A stretch of 64,000 bases of DNA from NCBI GenBank assembly GCA_965248435.1, contig OZ252100.1, positions 256,001 through 320,000 on the forward strand, given 5' to 3'. A model generated the notes under the pieces. That model had not been told where the DNA came from. It ran no database searches and worked only from the letters and a program-made list of their open reading frames with translations. The position numbers and the translations under genes were made by a program. Shown piece after piece: positions 10,605-21,214 of this stretch. Origin of the DNA: Candidatus Latescibacterota bacterium. Lineage in GTDB: Bacteria > Latescibacterota > UBA2968 > GCA-2709665. Numbering within the stretch: position 1 is the stretch's first letter; each line of letters opens with the position of its first letter.

Positions 10605-11898
10605 CGCTTCCCTCTTGCCGTTTAGGTGCATAGCTTCCGTGGACGCCCCCTGTTCCTACGGCCTTTTGAAAGTGGCCTTCAACGAAGTCCAGCTCGATTC
10701 GATCACCGCTCAGAACGACGGTCTCCTGTTCGTTTCCGCTCGGAACGTGCTGGCAGGAGGCCTGTTCTTGGACGACCACACGCTGAACGTGGCCCCCTGC
10801 AAACCGGATCGAGAGAGTTCCCCCCGAGAGATGACTTTCAGCAGTTTGGCCAGGAGGGACATAAGAGACCGATCCCCCCCCTTTCAAAGTCAGGCTGTCG
10901 ACCGTTTCTTCTTTGAATACCAGGCTGATCTCCTGGCCGCTTAGATCTGCCTTTCCCCCACCTTTTAAATCGAAAATCCCGTCCACTCCCTCCCGGGCAT
11001 GAATTTCCATTATTCGAACTCCGTCCAGCCTGACTTCGGACTGTCCTGCGCGGATCGATTTCCGTTCTACGCAGCCGTCCAGGCGGTGTTCGGTAGAAAT
11101 TTCGGTCGAATTCCGTAGGTTGATTTCCCTGATTGCTCCAGAATCAAAACGAACAGACATCACATCGGCTCGCATCTCCACCGACTGCTGTTTCTGGAGC
11201 CAGTCAGCCCTGGCAGATCCCTCCAGACGCAATTCGTCTTCTTCCTGTGAGAACTGTCCAGACACTGCGCTTCCGGAGATATCCGCCTGTCTGAAGGTTA
11301 CGTCACCCGAGAAACGGACCCGTGCACCGCGTTCGGAGAATGCCAGTGAATCGGCATGAACCTTCAATTTGTCACGAGATTCGTCTGCCTGCCGGACCAA
11401 GGCGGCGTGACCGAAGGCCAGGCCAGAGTCGTTTCGCGCATCGTATGTCAGATTCTCAGCCTCCACAGAGAGCCCTTGATCTGTGTAGCGCAGCACGACT
11501 CCCCCACCTGCGCTCAGATGATTCTCATCGAGGCGATAAACCACCTGTTGCGCCATCAAGGCGCCATCCGCATCGCGTGCCACCACGCTGCCTTGAAAGC
11601 GTGCAATCCGGCGCCTGCGGTGGAAGACGAGCGTTTGCGCCTTGATGCTCCTTCGAGAATCCCTTAGAGATATTCCCCCTATGAAACGAACCCGATCTTC
11701 TCCCTCTCGAACACGCGCGGAATCCGCTCCAATGTTGACTTCGCCAAACTCAACGGCGACTCCACCAACATAGATTCTGAGGACGCCTTCCTGTTCCCTG
11801 ATCGTCTGGCTCCGGTCTGCACGAACGGCCTGTTCTGCGTGCAAGATCACAGGACATGCGACGAGGATCAGTGCAAGGTGGAGCTCGAAACGGCTCAT
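10588..11898 (-). CDS. lptA: LptA/OstA-like beta-jellyroll LPS transport protein (long form)
   Basis: Signal peptide, repeated ADSL/GDV beta motifs, located between lptC and lptB. Confidence 0.75.
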   Translation of the reverse strand: MSRFELHLALILVACPVILHAEQAVRADRSQTIREQEGVLRIYVGGVAVEFGEVNIGADSARVREGEDRVRFIGGISLRDSRRSIKAQTLVFHRRRRIARFQGSVVARDADGALMAQQVVYRLDENHLSAGGGVVLRYTDQGLSVEAENLTYDARNDSGLAFGHAALVRQADESRDKLKVHADSLAFSERGARVRFSGDVTFRQADISGSAVSGQFSQEEDELRLEGSARADWLQKQQSVEMRADVMSVRFDSGAIREINLRNSTEISTEHRLDGCVERKSIRAGQSEVRLDGVRIMEIHAREGVDGIFDLKGGGKADLSGQEISLVFKEETVDSLTLKGGGSVSYVPPGQTAESHLSGGTLSIRFAGGHVQRVVVQEQASCQHVPSGNEQETVVLSGDRIELDFVEGHFQKAVGTGGVHGSYAPKRQEGSGDAEN

Positions 11899-11932
11899 TT
11901 TTCGGAAAGCACGGGGGTTAGGTGAGACTCGG

Positions 11933-12478
11933 CTAGCGGTGGAGGCTATCGATCCGGCCGAAGCGGGTAACCACGCGTCTCAGCGTCCAGCGTTTCAGGT
12001 CTGAAGCGGCCTCAAACCCTATTCCTGACTCGACCCCGTCGGGACGACGAATTACGACCTCTCCAGGTCCCACAATCTGTCTGTTTTTTCGACTCCAACT
12101 GAGGGTATCGGTCGCGAGCTGGGTACTGTCTTCTGAAACCAGTAAGACGTCACCAAAGACCACCATGTTCCCCGTCGTCTCATCGATTTCGGCCTTCTGT
12201 GCGGTGAGCTTGGATACGGGTTTGATCCCGAAGGCGTCGTAGAAGACGACTGAAATCCCTCCGTCGAGGGTCGCCTTTCGAGAACTGATGAATTTTTGGA
12301 AATGTTCCGCTGAGATGACGGCTCGCTTTCGACCTTCTTCTGTGAGGACTGTGGTCCACCCCCAGGCCTCCTGGTCCGGTTCTAGACGCTCCGACGGAAG
12401 GCGCCCCGGCGGTTCCACAGTCTCACTACATCCGAGACAGATAGTGCTTAAGATCAGTGTTAATGCCCAGGAGGTCAC
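11933..12478 (-). CDS. lptC: LPS export periplasmic protein (start approximate)
   Basis: Lipobox-like CLGC; PDQEAW, LATDTLSW, GIGFEA motifs; synteny. Confidence 0.8.
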   Translation of the reverse strand: MTSWALTLILSTICLGCSETVEPPGRLPSERLEPDQEAWGWTTVLTEEGRKRAVISAEHFQKFISSRKATLDGGISVVFYDAFGIKPVSKLTAQKAEIDETTGNMVVFGDVLLVSEDSTQLATDTLSWSRKNRQIVGPGEVVIRRPDGVESGIGFEAASDLKRWTLRRVVTRFGRIDSLHR

Positions 12479-12512
12479 GCAGTAGCGAGCCTTGGCTCCC
12501 CCGGTTGACCCA

Positions 12513-14330
12513 TCAAGACCCAACTCCAACCCCAATGACTTCGTTTGATAGGGGATTATCGATGCTCTTGCGTAAATGCGAGAGGGCTGAATCAACGAAC
12601 CCGAAGAAGAGGGGGGCAGGTTGTTCAAGGTGGGACTTGAACTCGGGGTGGGCCTGTGTGGCGAGGAAAAAGGGATGATTCGGCAATTCGATAAATTCCA
12701 TGAGTTTGGTTCCGTCTTCACGCCTGTGAAATCCGGAGAAGACCAGTCCGTGCTCCTCTAAGAGATCAGAAAACTTCGGGGAAACTTCGTATCTGTGACG
12801 GTGCCGCTCTATGATTGCGCGCTCACTGTCCAGTATCACACCCAGGCGAAAAGCGTCCTCCGGTCTCTGCTTGAGCTGCTCGATGCGCCAGGTGTCTTCC
12901 TCCAGGCGTCCGTTACGTTCGTAGAGATCCAACACGAGGCTGTTTCGTTTGAGGATTGCGGCATACCCACCGAGCCGCATCGTACCGCCATAGCGGCTCT
13001 CCTTGATGACGGCACGCTGGCTGCGTTGAATGTCTATGACCGGACTCGGAGAATCAGGATCGTTTTCAGTTGAGTTGGCCCGTGGGAGCCCGGCTACGTG
13101 TCTTGCATACTCGACCACTGCCATCTGAAGGCCGTAGCAGAGACCAAGAAAGGGAATTCCATTTTCCCGGGCGAATTGAATTGCTTTGACTACTCCTTCT
13201 GAGCCGCCTTCCCCGAACGCACCCGGCACGATGATCCCGTCAAACTCGCCGAGCACGACTTCTACATCTCCATCCTTGAGACGCCTGGAATCGATCCAGG
13301 TAATCTTAACGTTTGTAGAAAGCGACGCGCCCGCGTGCTCGAGTGCCTGATTTACCGAGATGTAAGAGTCGGTTAACTCGTAATCCCCAATCTCAATATA
13401 TTTCCCCACCATGGCTATCTGAACCGTGTGGGAGGGGTTGCGTATCGATTCCACAAGTTTTTTCCAGTTTTCCCAGTCTGGCTCCTCTTTAGGTTCCAGT
13501 TTGAGCAACTCGAGGAGTTTCGACCCCAACTTTTCCTTCTCAAAATCGAGAGGTACTTGATAGAGCGTATCGGCATCCGGGGAGGAGATGATTCGGTCTG
13601 AGGAGATGTTCGCCGAGATTTCAATTTTCCCCTTTCGAACATCATCCAGCGGTCTGACGGCCCTGCAAATCAGAAAATCGGGGAAAATTCCGTGCTCGGT
13701 GAGCAGCCGGATGGAATGCTGAGTCGGTTTCGTCTTCATCTCTTTGATGTGTCCGGGCACCGGAAGATATGTGACCAAAACGTAGACGATGTTGTCCTCT
13801 CCAAGCTCACGCTCAAGCCCCTTCATTGCAAACAGAAAGGGCATGTTTTCGTAATCTCCGATCGTACCGCCAATCTCTACAATAGCGATGTCAAATCCTT
13901 CAGCTGCCTGCCTGACGCGTCTTTGGATCTCGCTCGTAACGTGAGGGATCGGTTCTACGGTTTTCCCCAGATACTCGCCCTTTCTCTCCCGTTCGATGAC
14001 GGCGTGATAGATTTGACCTGTCGTCAGGTTGTTTCGCTTGGGTAGTTCAATGCGCAGAAAGCGTTCATAGTTGCCAAGGTCCTGGTCAATTTCACCCCCA
14101 TCGTCGGTGACCCATACTTCACCGTGTTCAGTAGGACGGAGCGTGCCGGCATCGTAATTCAGATAGGGGTCGATTTTGATCGCAGTCGATTTATAGCCAT
14201 ACTGCTGAAGGATTTTACCTATAGACGCGGTGGAAAGCCCTTTACCTACACCGCTAATTACTCCTCCAGCAACGACGATAAACTTCGTCCCCCGGTAATC
14301 CCGATTCACGAGTTTTCCTCCAGATGGCAC
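12513..14330 (-). CDS. pyrG: CTP synthase
   Basis: GGVISGVGKG, KIDPYLN, KTKPTQ, GLCYG, RHRHRYE, QAHPEF. Confidence 0.97.
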   Translation of the reverse strand: MPSGGKLVNRDYRGTKFIVVAGGVISGVGKGLSTASIGKILQQYGYKSTAIKIDPYLNYDAGTLRPTEHGEVWVTDDGGEIDQDLGNYERFLRIELPKRNNLTTGQIYHAVIERERKGEYLGKTVEPIPHVTSEIQRRVRQAAEGFDIAIVEIGGTIGDYENMPFLFAMKGLERELGEDNIVYVLVTYLPVPGHIKEMKTKPTQHSIRLLTEHGIFPDFLICRAVRPLDDVRKGKIEISANISSDRIISSPDADTLYQVPLDFEKEKLGSKLLELLKLEPKEEPDWENWKKLVESIRNPSHTVQIAMVGKYIEIGDYELTDSYISVNQALEHAGASLSTNVKITWIDSRRLKDGDVEVVLGEFDGIIVPGAFGEGGSEGVVKAIQFARENGIPFLGLCYGLQMAVVEYARHVAGLPRANSTENDPDSPSPVIDIQRSQRAVIKESRYGGTMRLGGYAAILKRNSLVLDLYERNGRLEEDTWRIEQLKQRPEDAFRLGVILDSERAIIERHRHRYEVSPKFSDLLEEHGLVFSGFHRREDGTKLMEFIELPNHPFFLATQAHPEFKSHLEQPAPLFFGFVDSALSHLRKSIDNPLSNEVIGVGVGS

Positions 14331-14391
14331 AGAAGAATGTGATTAAAACGAAACCGGCGGCGAACCTTTTCGAGATCACCGCCAGGACTGT

Positions 14392-14679
14392 CTACTCGAT
14401 CACTTTGGGGACCCGAAAATGCCCCATCGCTACACTTGGCGCATTTGAAAGCGCCTCCTCTTGTGTTAGCGAGGGGCGCGGAAGATCCTCTCTGAAGACG
14501 TTCGAGAGGGGGAGGACGTGAGCGGTGGGAACAACATTCGTCGTATCCAGTTTGTCGAGCAAGGCTACGTAGCCGAGTATGCGATTCAAATCCTCAATCA
14601 GGCGCTGCTCATCTTCAGGCGTGAAGGTCAATCGAGACAGCTGACTCACCTTCCGAACGTCTTCCAGGGTAACAGACAT
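14392..14679 (-). CDS. gatC: Asp/Glu-tRNA amidotransferase subunit C
   Basis: VSQLSRL..LDTTNV.PT.H..FRED..NAP..FRVPKV. Confidence 0.92.
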   Translation of the reverse strand: MSVTLEDVRKVSQLSRLTFTPEDEQRLIEDLNRILGYVALLDKLDTTNVVPTAHVLPLSNVFREDLPRPSLTQEEALSNAPSVAMGHFRVPKVIE

Positions 14680-14765
14680 CGGTCTCGGACTCGAAGAATA
14701 TCGTGGTTTTTGGCTGAACTCTAGGCTAATATGAGCTAATTACCTCGTGAAATCAAGGGGGAATT

Positions 14766-16916
14766 CTAGCTCTCCTCCAGCCGGGCGAATTTTGCGACAA
14801 TCTTCTTGGTAACGCCGCCCTTAAACCTGATCGTCAACTTGGCCGCATCTCCGTGTCCGGTTCGAGATTCGATCTGTCCACGCCCGAACATTGGATGGAC
14901 AACCCAGGTCCCAATGTCATTCCCATCAGGGCCGACCTCTACATCGGGAAAGATCGTGCGCTCAAGGGCTTCCGAATATCCTGAAGGCTTGGAGATGGAT
15001 TCAATGAGGTGCTCGGGGATCTCTTTGAGGAATCGGGACTCCACCCTACCCATCATCCCGCCATAGATTCTCCTTTGAAACGCGTGGGTCAAGATCAACC
15101 TCTCCTTTGCACGCGTGATGCCAACATAAAACAGCCGCCGTTCCTCTTCGGCTGAATCCAACCCGGACTCCTCGTCCTTGATGATCGGAAGCAATCCTTC
15201 TTCCAATCCGCTGACAACCACGACCGGAAATTCCAATCCCTTGGCACAGTGCAGGGTCATCAATGTAACGGCATCACTGGCATCGGACCACTCGTCAACG
15301 TCGGTCAAGAGAGAGACTTCCCTCAGGTAGGCCTCGAGAGAAGGGTCGTCCGTCCTTTCAACAAAATCCTCCAGGGCGGCCAGAAGCTCACGCAGGTTTT
15401 GTGTTTTGGACTCCGCCTCGACCGAACCCAGCTCCGATAGCGCCTCAAGGTAGCCTGTTTGGCTCAATATCTGTGCGGCGAGTTGGTCTGCTGGCAGGAC
15501 ATTCATTTCCTCTCGAAGGCCTTCTATCATTTTCCAGAATGCCACCATTTTTTTCCGAAGCCGGTCCGGGATCTCGCTGATTTCTTCAAGACGAGCAAGC
15601 GCATGGTAGGGCGAGATCCCTTCTCTTCCCGCAAAACTCTCGAGCCGGGCAAGAGAGGTCGCACCAATCCCCCTCCTCGGCGTGTTGATCACGCGCATCA
15701 GACTGATCGAATCGAACGGATTCGCAATCAGGCGCAGGTAGCCTAATACATCCTTCACTTCCTTGCGTTCGTAGAAGCGGACACCCCCTATGATTAAATA
15801 CGGTACTGTTTCCTGACGCAAGCCTTCTTCGAGTGCACGGGACTGCGCGTTCGTCCTATAAAGCACTGCAATGTCTTTGAAGCCATATCCCCCATTCGCC
15901 TTTAGATCTGCAAGCGTTGCCGAGATCCACGCAGCCTCCTCTCTCTCGTCCAAGCAGCGTCTCAGTCGAATTCTCTCCCCTCCAGGACGATCCGTCCAGA
16001 GGTTTTTGCCTTTTCTGCCCAAATTGTTACCGATAACTGCGTTTCCCGCATCCAGAATGATATGAGTCGAGCGGTAGTTTTGCTCGAGCCTGACCACGGC
16101 CGCGTCCGGATAGTCCTCTTCAAACTCAAGTATGTTTCTGATGTCGGCGCCCCGCCAGGCGTAGATGCTTTGATCGTCATCCCCCACGACGCAGACATTC
16201 TTGTGCTTCTGCGATAACAGGTTGATCAGGAGATACTGAGGCCTGTTGGTATCCTGGTATTCGTCGATCAGACAATACTGGAACCGCTGGTGATAACGCT
16301 CCAGGATATCGGAATCGTCACGGAGCAGATTGACTGAAATCGTCAGCAAATCGTCGAAGTCCAGGGCATTATTTTGGAGCAGCGCTGTCTGATACTGGCG
16401 ATAGATTCGTGCAATTTGTTGTTCGTAGTACCCCCCCGCTTGTCGCGCAAACGCATCCGGATTCACCATCTTGTTCTTTTCCTGGCTGATGCGACCTCGT
16501 ATCTGTTTTGGGGGATATTGTTTGTCAGAGAGTTCCTGATCTCGGATGACATGCCTGAGCAGGGCGAGCTGGTCGTCTGAATCGTAAATGGCGAAGTTGG
16601 ATTTATACCCGAAAAATGGCGCTTCCGTACGAAGCATCCGTGCGCAGATTGAATGAAAGGTACCGATCCACATCCCACGGCTGGACCTGTTCAACAATGA
16701 CTCTACCCGTTTTCGCATTTCATCTGCAGCTTTGTTCGTGAAGGTCATCGCGATGATTTGAGCCGGGGGAACACCGAGCTCTCCGATGAGATATGCGATC
16801 CTGTGTGTCAACACGCGGGTTTTGCCCGAGCCCGCACCTGCCAATACCAGAAGCGGTCCGTCAACCGAACGGACCGCCCTTAACTGTTGCTCGTTAAGTT
16901 CTTTCAGCATAGACAT
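14766..16916 (-). CDS. pcrA: UvrD/PcrA DNA helicase
   Basis: AGAGSGKT, DEYQD, GDDDQSIY, HCAKGLEF, C-terminal Tudor-like HPMFG. Confidence 0.95.
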   Translation of the reverse strand: MSMLKELNEQQLRAVRSVDGPLLVLAGAGSGKTRVLTHRIAYLIGELGVPPAQIIAMTFTNKAADEMRKRVESLLNRSSRGMWIGTFHSICARMLRTEAPFFGYKSNFAIYDSDDQLALLRHVIRDQELSDKQYPPKQIRGRISQEKNKMVNPDAFARQAGGYYEQQIARIYRQYQTALLQNNALDFDDLLTISVNLLRDDSDILERYHQRFQYCLIDEYQDTNRPQYLLINLLSQKHKNVCVVGDDDQSIYAWRGADIRNILEFEEDYPDAAVVRLEQNYRSTHIILDAGNAVIGNNLGRKGKNLWTDRPGGERIRLRRCLDEREEAAWISATLADLKANGGYGFKDIAVLYRTNAQSRALEEGLRQETVPYLIIGGVRFYERKEVKDVLGYLRLIANPFDSISLMRVINTPRRGIGATSLARLESFAGREGISPYHALARLEEISEIPDRLRKKMVAFWKMIEGLREEMNVLPADQLAAQILSQTGYLEALSELGSVEAESKTQNLRELLAALEDFVERTDDPSLEAYLREVSLLTDVDEWSDASDAVTLMTLHCAKGLEFPVVVVSGLEEGLLPIIKDEESGLDSAEEERRLFYVGITRAKERLILTHAFQRRIYGGMMGRVESRFLKEIPEHLIESISKPSGYSEALERTIFPDVEVGPDGNDIGTWVVHPMFGRGQIESRTGHGDAAKLTIRFKGGVTKKIVAKFARLEES

Positions 16917-16934
16917 TCGCTACCAGATCAGAGA

Positions 16935-17999
16935 TTACCTCGCTGCGGATCGCCCCCAACTCCGCCTCCTCGCCAACCGGGTCTGACGTTTCGCGCGTTC
17001 GTGTTCCTTCGCCGTTCGGGAGAAAACGTGAGAGCCGTCTCCGCGGGCCACGAAATAGAGATACGCCACGTCGGCTGGATAGAGGGCCGAATCGAGGGAG
17101 GCCTCGCCAGGGCTCAAGATTGGGCCTGGGGGCAACCCCCGATGTCGATAGGTATTGTAAGGTGAATCCACGTGATAGTCTCTGTAGAACAGGCGACGAG
17201 GTCCGTCGGAGATTGCATACTGTACCGTGGGATCTGCTTGCAAACGCATGTTGCGTTTCAGGCGGTTGTGGTAAACAGCGGCAATCATCGGGCGTTCGTC
17301 GTTCAATTGAGCCTCTCCTTCGACAATTGAGGCTAAGGACACGGCTTCGTGAACGGTCAAACCCAATTCTCGAGCTCGGTCAATCATATTCGAGTCGAAA
17401 ATCTTGAAGAAATGCTTGACCATCATATCGACGACATCCTCTTCCTCCATCGCGACCGAGAACCTGTAGGTCTCAGGAAAGAGATAGCCTTCAAGGGTCC
17501 CGGCATCCACGCCCAATTTTCTACAGAACTTGGGGTCTGAAGTAATTTGGAACAGTTTCTGGAGATCGAGGTCGAGTGCATCTGCCAGGACCTTTACCGT
17601 TGACTCCCGCCTCAACCCCTCCTTGATGGTGACTTCAATCATCACATCTTCAGGACGCTCCAATTCCTCCAATACCCGCCAGGTGCTCATTCCCCCGTGG
17701 AAGGAATGGAGTCCGGCCTTAATACGTCGACTGGTTCCCTTGATAGAGGCGAAGCCCATCAGCAGATTCGGGCTCCGAATAACCCCTTCCTGGTAAAGCA
17801 TTTGCGAAATTTGCGAGACGAGCATCCCCTTTTTGATCTTGACATCGGCACGGGCTATTCCCGTTGGACGGTTCAGGCTATATATTGACGCTGTAACACC
17901 AATGGCCGCTCCCAATAGCGCGACCACGATGATGACGGTAGCGCGACGAAGCGTAAGTCCGTTCCACGGTTTGAAGTCCTGGAGGTTCATGAAGTTCAT
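16935..17999 (-). CDS. mltG: Endolytic transglycosylase
   Basis: EGYLFPETY, ASIVEGE, LQADPT, SPYNTY..GLPPGPI. Confidence 0.95.
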   Translation of the reverse strand: MNFMNLQDFKPWNGLTLRRATVIIVVALLGAAIGVTASIYSLNRPTGIARADVKIKKGMLVSQISQMLYQEGVIRSPNLLMGFASIKGTSRRIKAGLHSFHGGMSTWRVLEELERPEDVMIEVTIKEGLRRESTVKVLADALDLDLQKLFQITSDPKFCRKLGVDAGTLEGYLFPETYRFSVAMEEEDVVDMMVKHFFKIFDSNMIDRARELGLTVHEAVSLASIVEGEAQLNDERPMIAAVYHNRLKRNMRLQADPTVQYAISDGPRRLFYRDYHVDSPYNTYRHRGLPPGPILSPGEASLDSALYPADVAYLYFVARGDGSHVFSRTAKEHERAKRQTRLARRRSWGRSAAR

Positions 18000-18443
18000 C
18001 TATTCTGTGCTACATCCGCTACTGGAATCCCGTGACCGTCTCTGCAGGTAACTACCAAGCAAGAGTGTGGCTGCAATCCGATCCACTTCACCCTTCCTTT
18101 TGCCCCGCTTGGTTTTCATTTCATTCATAGAACGTTTTGCGGATACGGTGGTGAGCCGCTCATCCCAACCGGTTACCGCCAGGCCGGTCTCCTCTCGCAA
18201 AGCTTCGGCAAAAGCATTGGCAGCGGCAGCCATCGGTCCGCTGCTTCCATCCATGTTGAGCGGCAGCCCGACGACGATTTCCTGGACCTTCCAATGCGCA
18301 GCAGTTTCAGCTACGGCTCGCAGGGCTTCCGTGACCCCATTAACCTGGACTGTTGGAATTCCCTGGGCCGTCAAACCCAACTCGTCGCTCACGGCAAGGC
18401 CGATTCGCCGCCTGCCGAAATCAACTGCAAGGATTCTCTCCAA
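18000..18443 (-). CDS. ruvX: RuvX/YqgF pre-16S rRNA nuclease
   Basis: LAVDFGRRRIGLAVSD, VVGLP, WDERLTT. Confidence 0.93.
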   Translation of the reverse strand: MERILAVDFGRRRIGLAVSDELGLTAQGIPTVQVNGVTEALRAVAETAAHWKVQEIVVGLPLNMDGSSGPMAAAANAFAEALREETGLAVTGWDERLTTVSAKRSMNEMKTKRGKRKGEVDRIAATLLLGSYLQRRSRDSSSGCSTE

Positions 18444-18552
18444 AACAAAACCAATATAGAAAAAGCGGAGCGCACGGCACAGCCCGTCGGATCTTCTCCG
18501 GCATCTGTGGCCCTGCATTCCGCTCCAGAGGGGCATCTTTAATGATCTCTAG

Positions 18553-19044
18553 CTATAAAGATTCCTGAGACGCTGTCTCTTTTCCATAACCTCCTTGTGA
18601 AGATGCGGTACCAGGTCTCGCGCCCAAGGGCTCCCGGACTTGGCACTCGCAAGGAGGTTTTCGACAAGCTCCTCCAGTTCAACGATATGGGCCTGAAGTG
18701 CACGCATCTCAACCACGGATTGCCCCGTTTCGTCCGTCTGTGCCAGGTTTACCGAATGGCAAGTAAGGCATCGAGTTCTTGGAATCCGGTCCCGATCTTC
18801 CCCAGAGGTTTCGCAGGATTGATGAGATCTGAACGCTCATTCGTCGCTTCCTGTTTTTGAGACAGAGTTTCCGAATGATCTTTCGGGATGTCCTCTTTGG
18901 TTCTTCCCTCACTAAATCAGCCGCGCTCATACCCAGTTCGTGAGCGTGGTTCATCAGATTAGAGAACGCCTCAACGTCAAGAGGGTCGCTCAAACAGGAT
19001 AGAATCTGTTCGTCCTCTGTGTAATCAGTAGTGTTTTCCGACAT
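18553..19044 (-). CDS. Hypothetical protein, probably frameshifted near 18800
   Basis: MSENTT ORF; removing one base near the G4 run joins it to a coiled-coil frame (VEMRALQAHIVELEELVENLL) ending at TAG 18553. Confidence 0.5.
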
Positions 19045-19140
19045 AGGAAACCTTCGTCCTGCTCGCAACGAATGAATTATACTCCGGAGCAACCCCTTTG
19101 TCAAGGCGCCAGTCGACGGGGTCGCCATTTCGAATCAATA

Positions 19141-19173
19141 AAAAAAGAGGCACGGGTTCACGCCCCTGCCCCC
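19141..19173 (-). terminator. Intrinsic terminator
   Basis: GGGGCAGGG..CCCGTGCCTC hairpin plus T6, directly after the 19199 stop. Confidence 0.7.
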
Positions 19174-19198
19174 AAGGATCATCGCCGAAAACGAGAAC

Positions 19199-21214
19199 CT
19201 ATTTTGCCTTTTCCTCTTCCTTCTGTTCTTCTTCCTTCTTTCCAACGTCCTGCTTCTTTCCATCGTCGCGAAAACTCTCTTCTTTTGCCCTGTCGTGGCC
19301 GAAGAGAAGCTGGAGGGATTTATGACACTCGATGAACCATGAGTTCTCTGTGTACGGTGTGATCTGTTCCCACTTATCGTAGTCGTTCGTGTCTCTAGAA
19401 AAATTATCCGAGATAGGATTGTAGATGTATTCCAGCCCCAATGAAGTAATCTGGAGTTCTTCATCCTCTTTGTTTCGGGAGGTCCTAAACCTGGCAACCC
19501 TGCAGACCACCGGTATCCTGAAAGGCAGATAGGGTTCGAATTCTTTGGTGTCGCTACGGAAAAAGTTCAGAACGGGATAGAGATTGAGCAAAACTGCGTT
19601 TTTCTGGAGCGCTTCCACTTTGTCCGTAAAACTCATCTCGTCGTAACCGTCCCCGACGAGATATTTCAAGAAGGACTCGCCCTGTGTTTCCGCGCCTTGT
19701 ACCTGGGCACCCCCCACGCCGAAGTTCAACAACTCCACCTGGAACCCATCTTCCTGCCTGATAAATTCGCGATCGTCCAGCTCGCGGGACCGAGCATCTT
19801 CGTATGGAATCGGTTTCAGGGTCATGTTCTCAACCCCGATATCTGTTACTTCCGCAGGCATGAGAAATTGACGCATCGTAATAACATCTCCGCTCGCTAG
19901 ACCATGAGCGGAGGAGAAACCTACAAGGACACGGTCATTGTCAAAATCTCCGACCACAGACTTCTTCCGCCGCCGCTGCTGCCAGATTTTCCCTTCTCGT
20001 GTGAGGATATGGTACCGATCCTGAATCTCCTCCAACGCGCGAAGTCTGCGGGAGTCCATCGCCCCGCCTGATTTGGCGGCAAGCTGACGTTCAGCGACAC
20101 TCGTATCCTTTGGCTGTTTTTTTATGAAGATCTTCGGCAGTATCGTTGCCTGCTGAGCACCGACAACGTTGAAATGTGCCAATCCTTCGAGGCTTGAGCG
20201 ATTCAACTTGTCAAGAAACGGTTTGCTCACATAACATATACGTTTCTCAGTCGGGTTGTTGACCATGCAAGCCATGAAGAACTCAACAATTCCTTCCAGC
20301 TTTTCTGTTCCTCTGACCTCCTCTACCTCTTTGTTGGCGTACGGAGTAATCTGAATGTCCTCGGAGGTTATCGTCTGGCTGAGAACCCCCTTCTCGGGGA
20401 TTTCGAGGTTTGTCCTGCTGGCGTAGACCTGAAACTGAATTTCACTTCGGATTCTCAGGTGGCCGAACCCGATTTTGTGAGTGTAACGAACATATCTGCG
20501 TTTGTCTCGTTTTCGTACATCTGTCAAGGGTTTGACGCAGTATCCCACGCCAAAACGCGGTGTGAGCTCTATGCTTCGGAAGCGGGTTGGATTAAAACGT
20601 TCCGAAATCTGACAGTCGAGCTCGTAGGGGATGCGCTGAGAGAAGAATCTGAGCCGGATCACCTCTCCGAGTCCAAGGGCCTCTTCGGCTTCGGCTCCCT
20701 GTGGGCCTGCCCGTTTACCATCGCCTTCAGAATAGGCATCCTTGCTTCTCGAATCCCCTTGTCGACTCGTCCTAACTGTATCCGGATCAACATCTTCTTC
20801 ATCTTCAGACTGACCATCGAATCCTTCTGGTGACTCCTCTTCTTCTTCGATGTCTTCTTCGGCCTCTTCATCTGTAAAGCCTTCTCCCAGGCCGGCAGTT
20901 GGGGCCTCAGAGATGATTTCGGCCAAACTCGAGTCCCCTCCTACGCCGCTTCCTAATTTCATACCTGTTGGCGTAGTAATAAATATCATGTTTTCGTGCA
21001 TAAACACCGTCTCATCCCTGACTCGGAAGACGTCCACCTGACCGTAATCATCCAACTTTTCGTTTCCGGTGGCGTCTCTGATCAGGGTGCAGTTCGCAGT
21101 CGTCAACTCCAACCGATCGAGGTTGTTCACGACATCCTTGATCGTGAGCTTCCGCTTTCGCCCTTTTCCGACGGCGATCTGCTTTTCGCCCTTAAATAGA
21201 GAACTGAAGAGCAT
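19199..21214 (-). CDS. Large hypothetical protein with split PilZ-like motifs
   Basis: 671-aa ORF with DKRRYVR (RxxxR) and NFGVGG (D/NxSxxG-like) motifs and an acidic linker. Confidence 0.7.
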   Translation of the reverse strand: MLFSSLFKGEKQIAVGKGRKRKLTIKDVVNNLDRLELTTANCTLIRDATGNEKLDDYGQVDVFRVRDETVFMHENMIFITTPTGMKLGSGVGGDSSLAEIISEAPTAGLGEGFTDEEAEEDIEEEEESPEGFDGQSEDEEDVDPDTVRTSRQGDSRSKDAYSEGDGKRAGPQGAEAEEALGLGEVIRLRFFSQRIPYELDCQISERFNPTRFRSIELTPRFGVGYCVKPLTDVRKRDKRRYVRYTHKIGFGHLRIRSEIQFQVYASRTNLEIPEKGVLSQTITSEDIQITPYANKEVEEVRGTEKLEGIVEFFMACMVNNPTEKRICYVSKPFLDKLNRSSLEGLAHFNVVGAQQATILPKIFIKKQPKDTSVAERQLAAKSGGAMDSRRLRALEEIQDRYHILTREGKIWQQRRRKKSVVGDFDNDRVLVGFSSAHGLASGDVITMRQFLMPAEVTDIGVENMTLKPIPYEDARSRELDDREFIRQEDGFQVELLNFGVGGAQVQGAETQGESFLKYLVGDGYDEMSFTDKVEALQKNAVLLNLYPVLNFFRSDTKEFEPYLPFRIPVVCRVARFRTSRNKEDEELQITSLGLEYIYNPISDNFSRDTNDYDKWEQITPYTENSWFIECHKSLQLLFGHDRAKEESFRDDGKKQDVGKKEEEQKEEEKAK

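Noticed and set aside
18740-18775. CLTCH motif in the corrected 18553-19044 frame as a heme c site
   Set aside because: A single motif in a protein with no signal peptide, dependent on an uncertain frameshift position.
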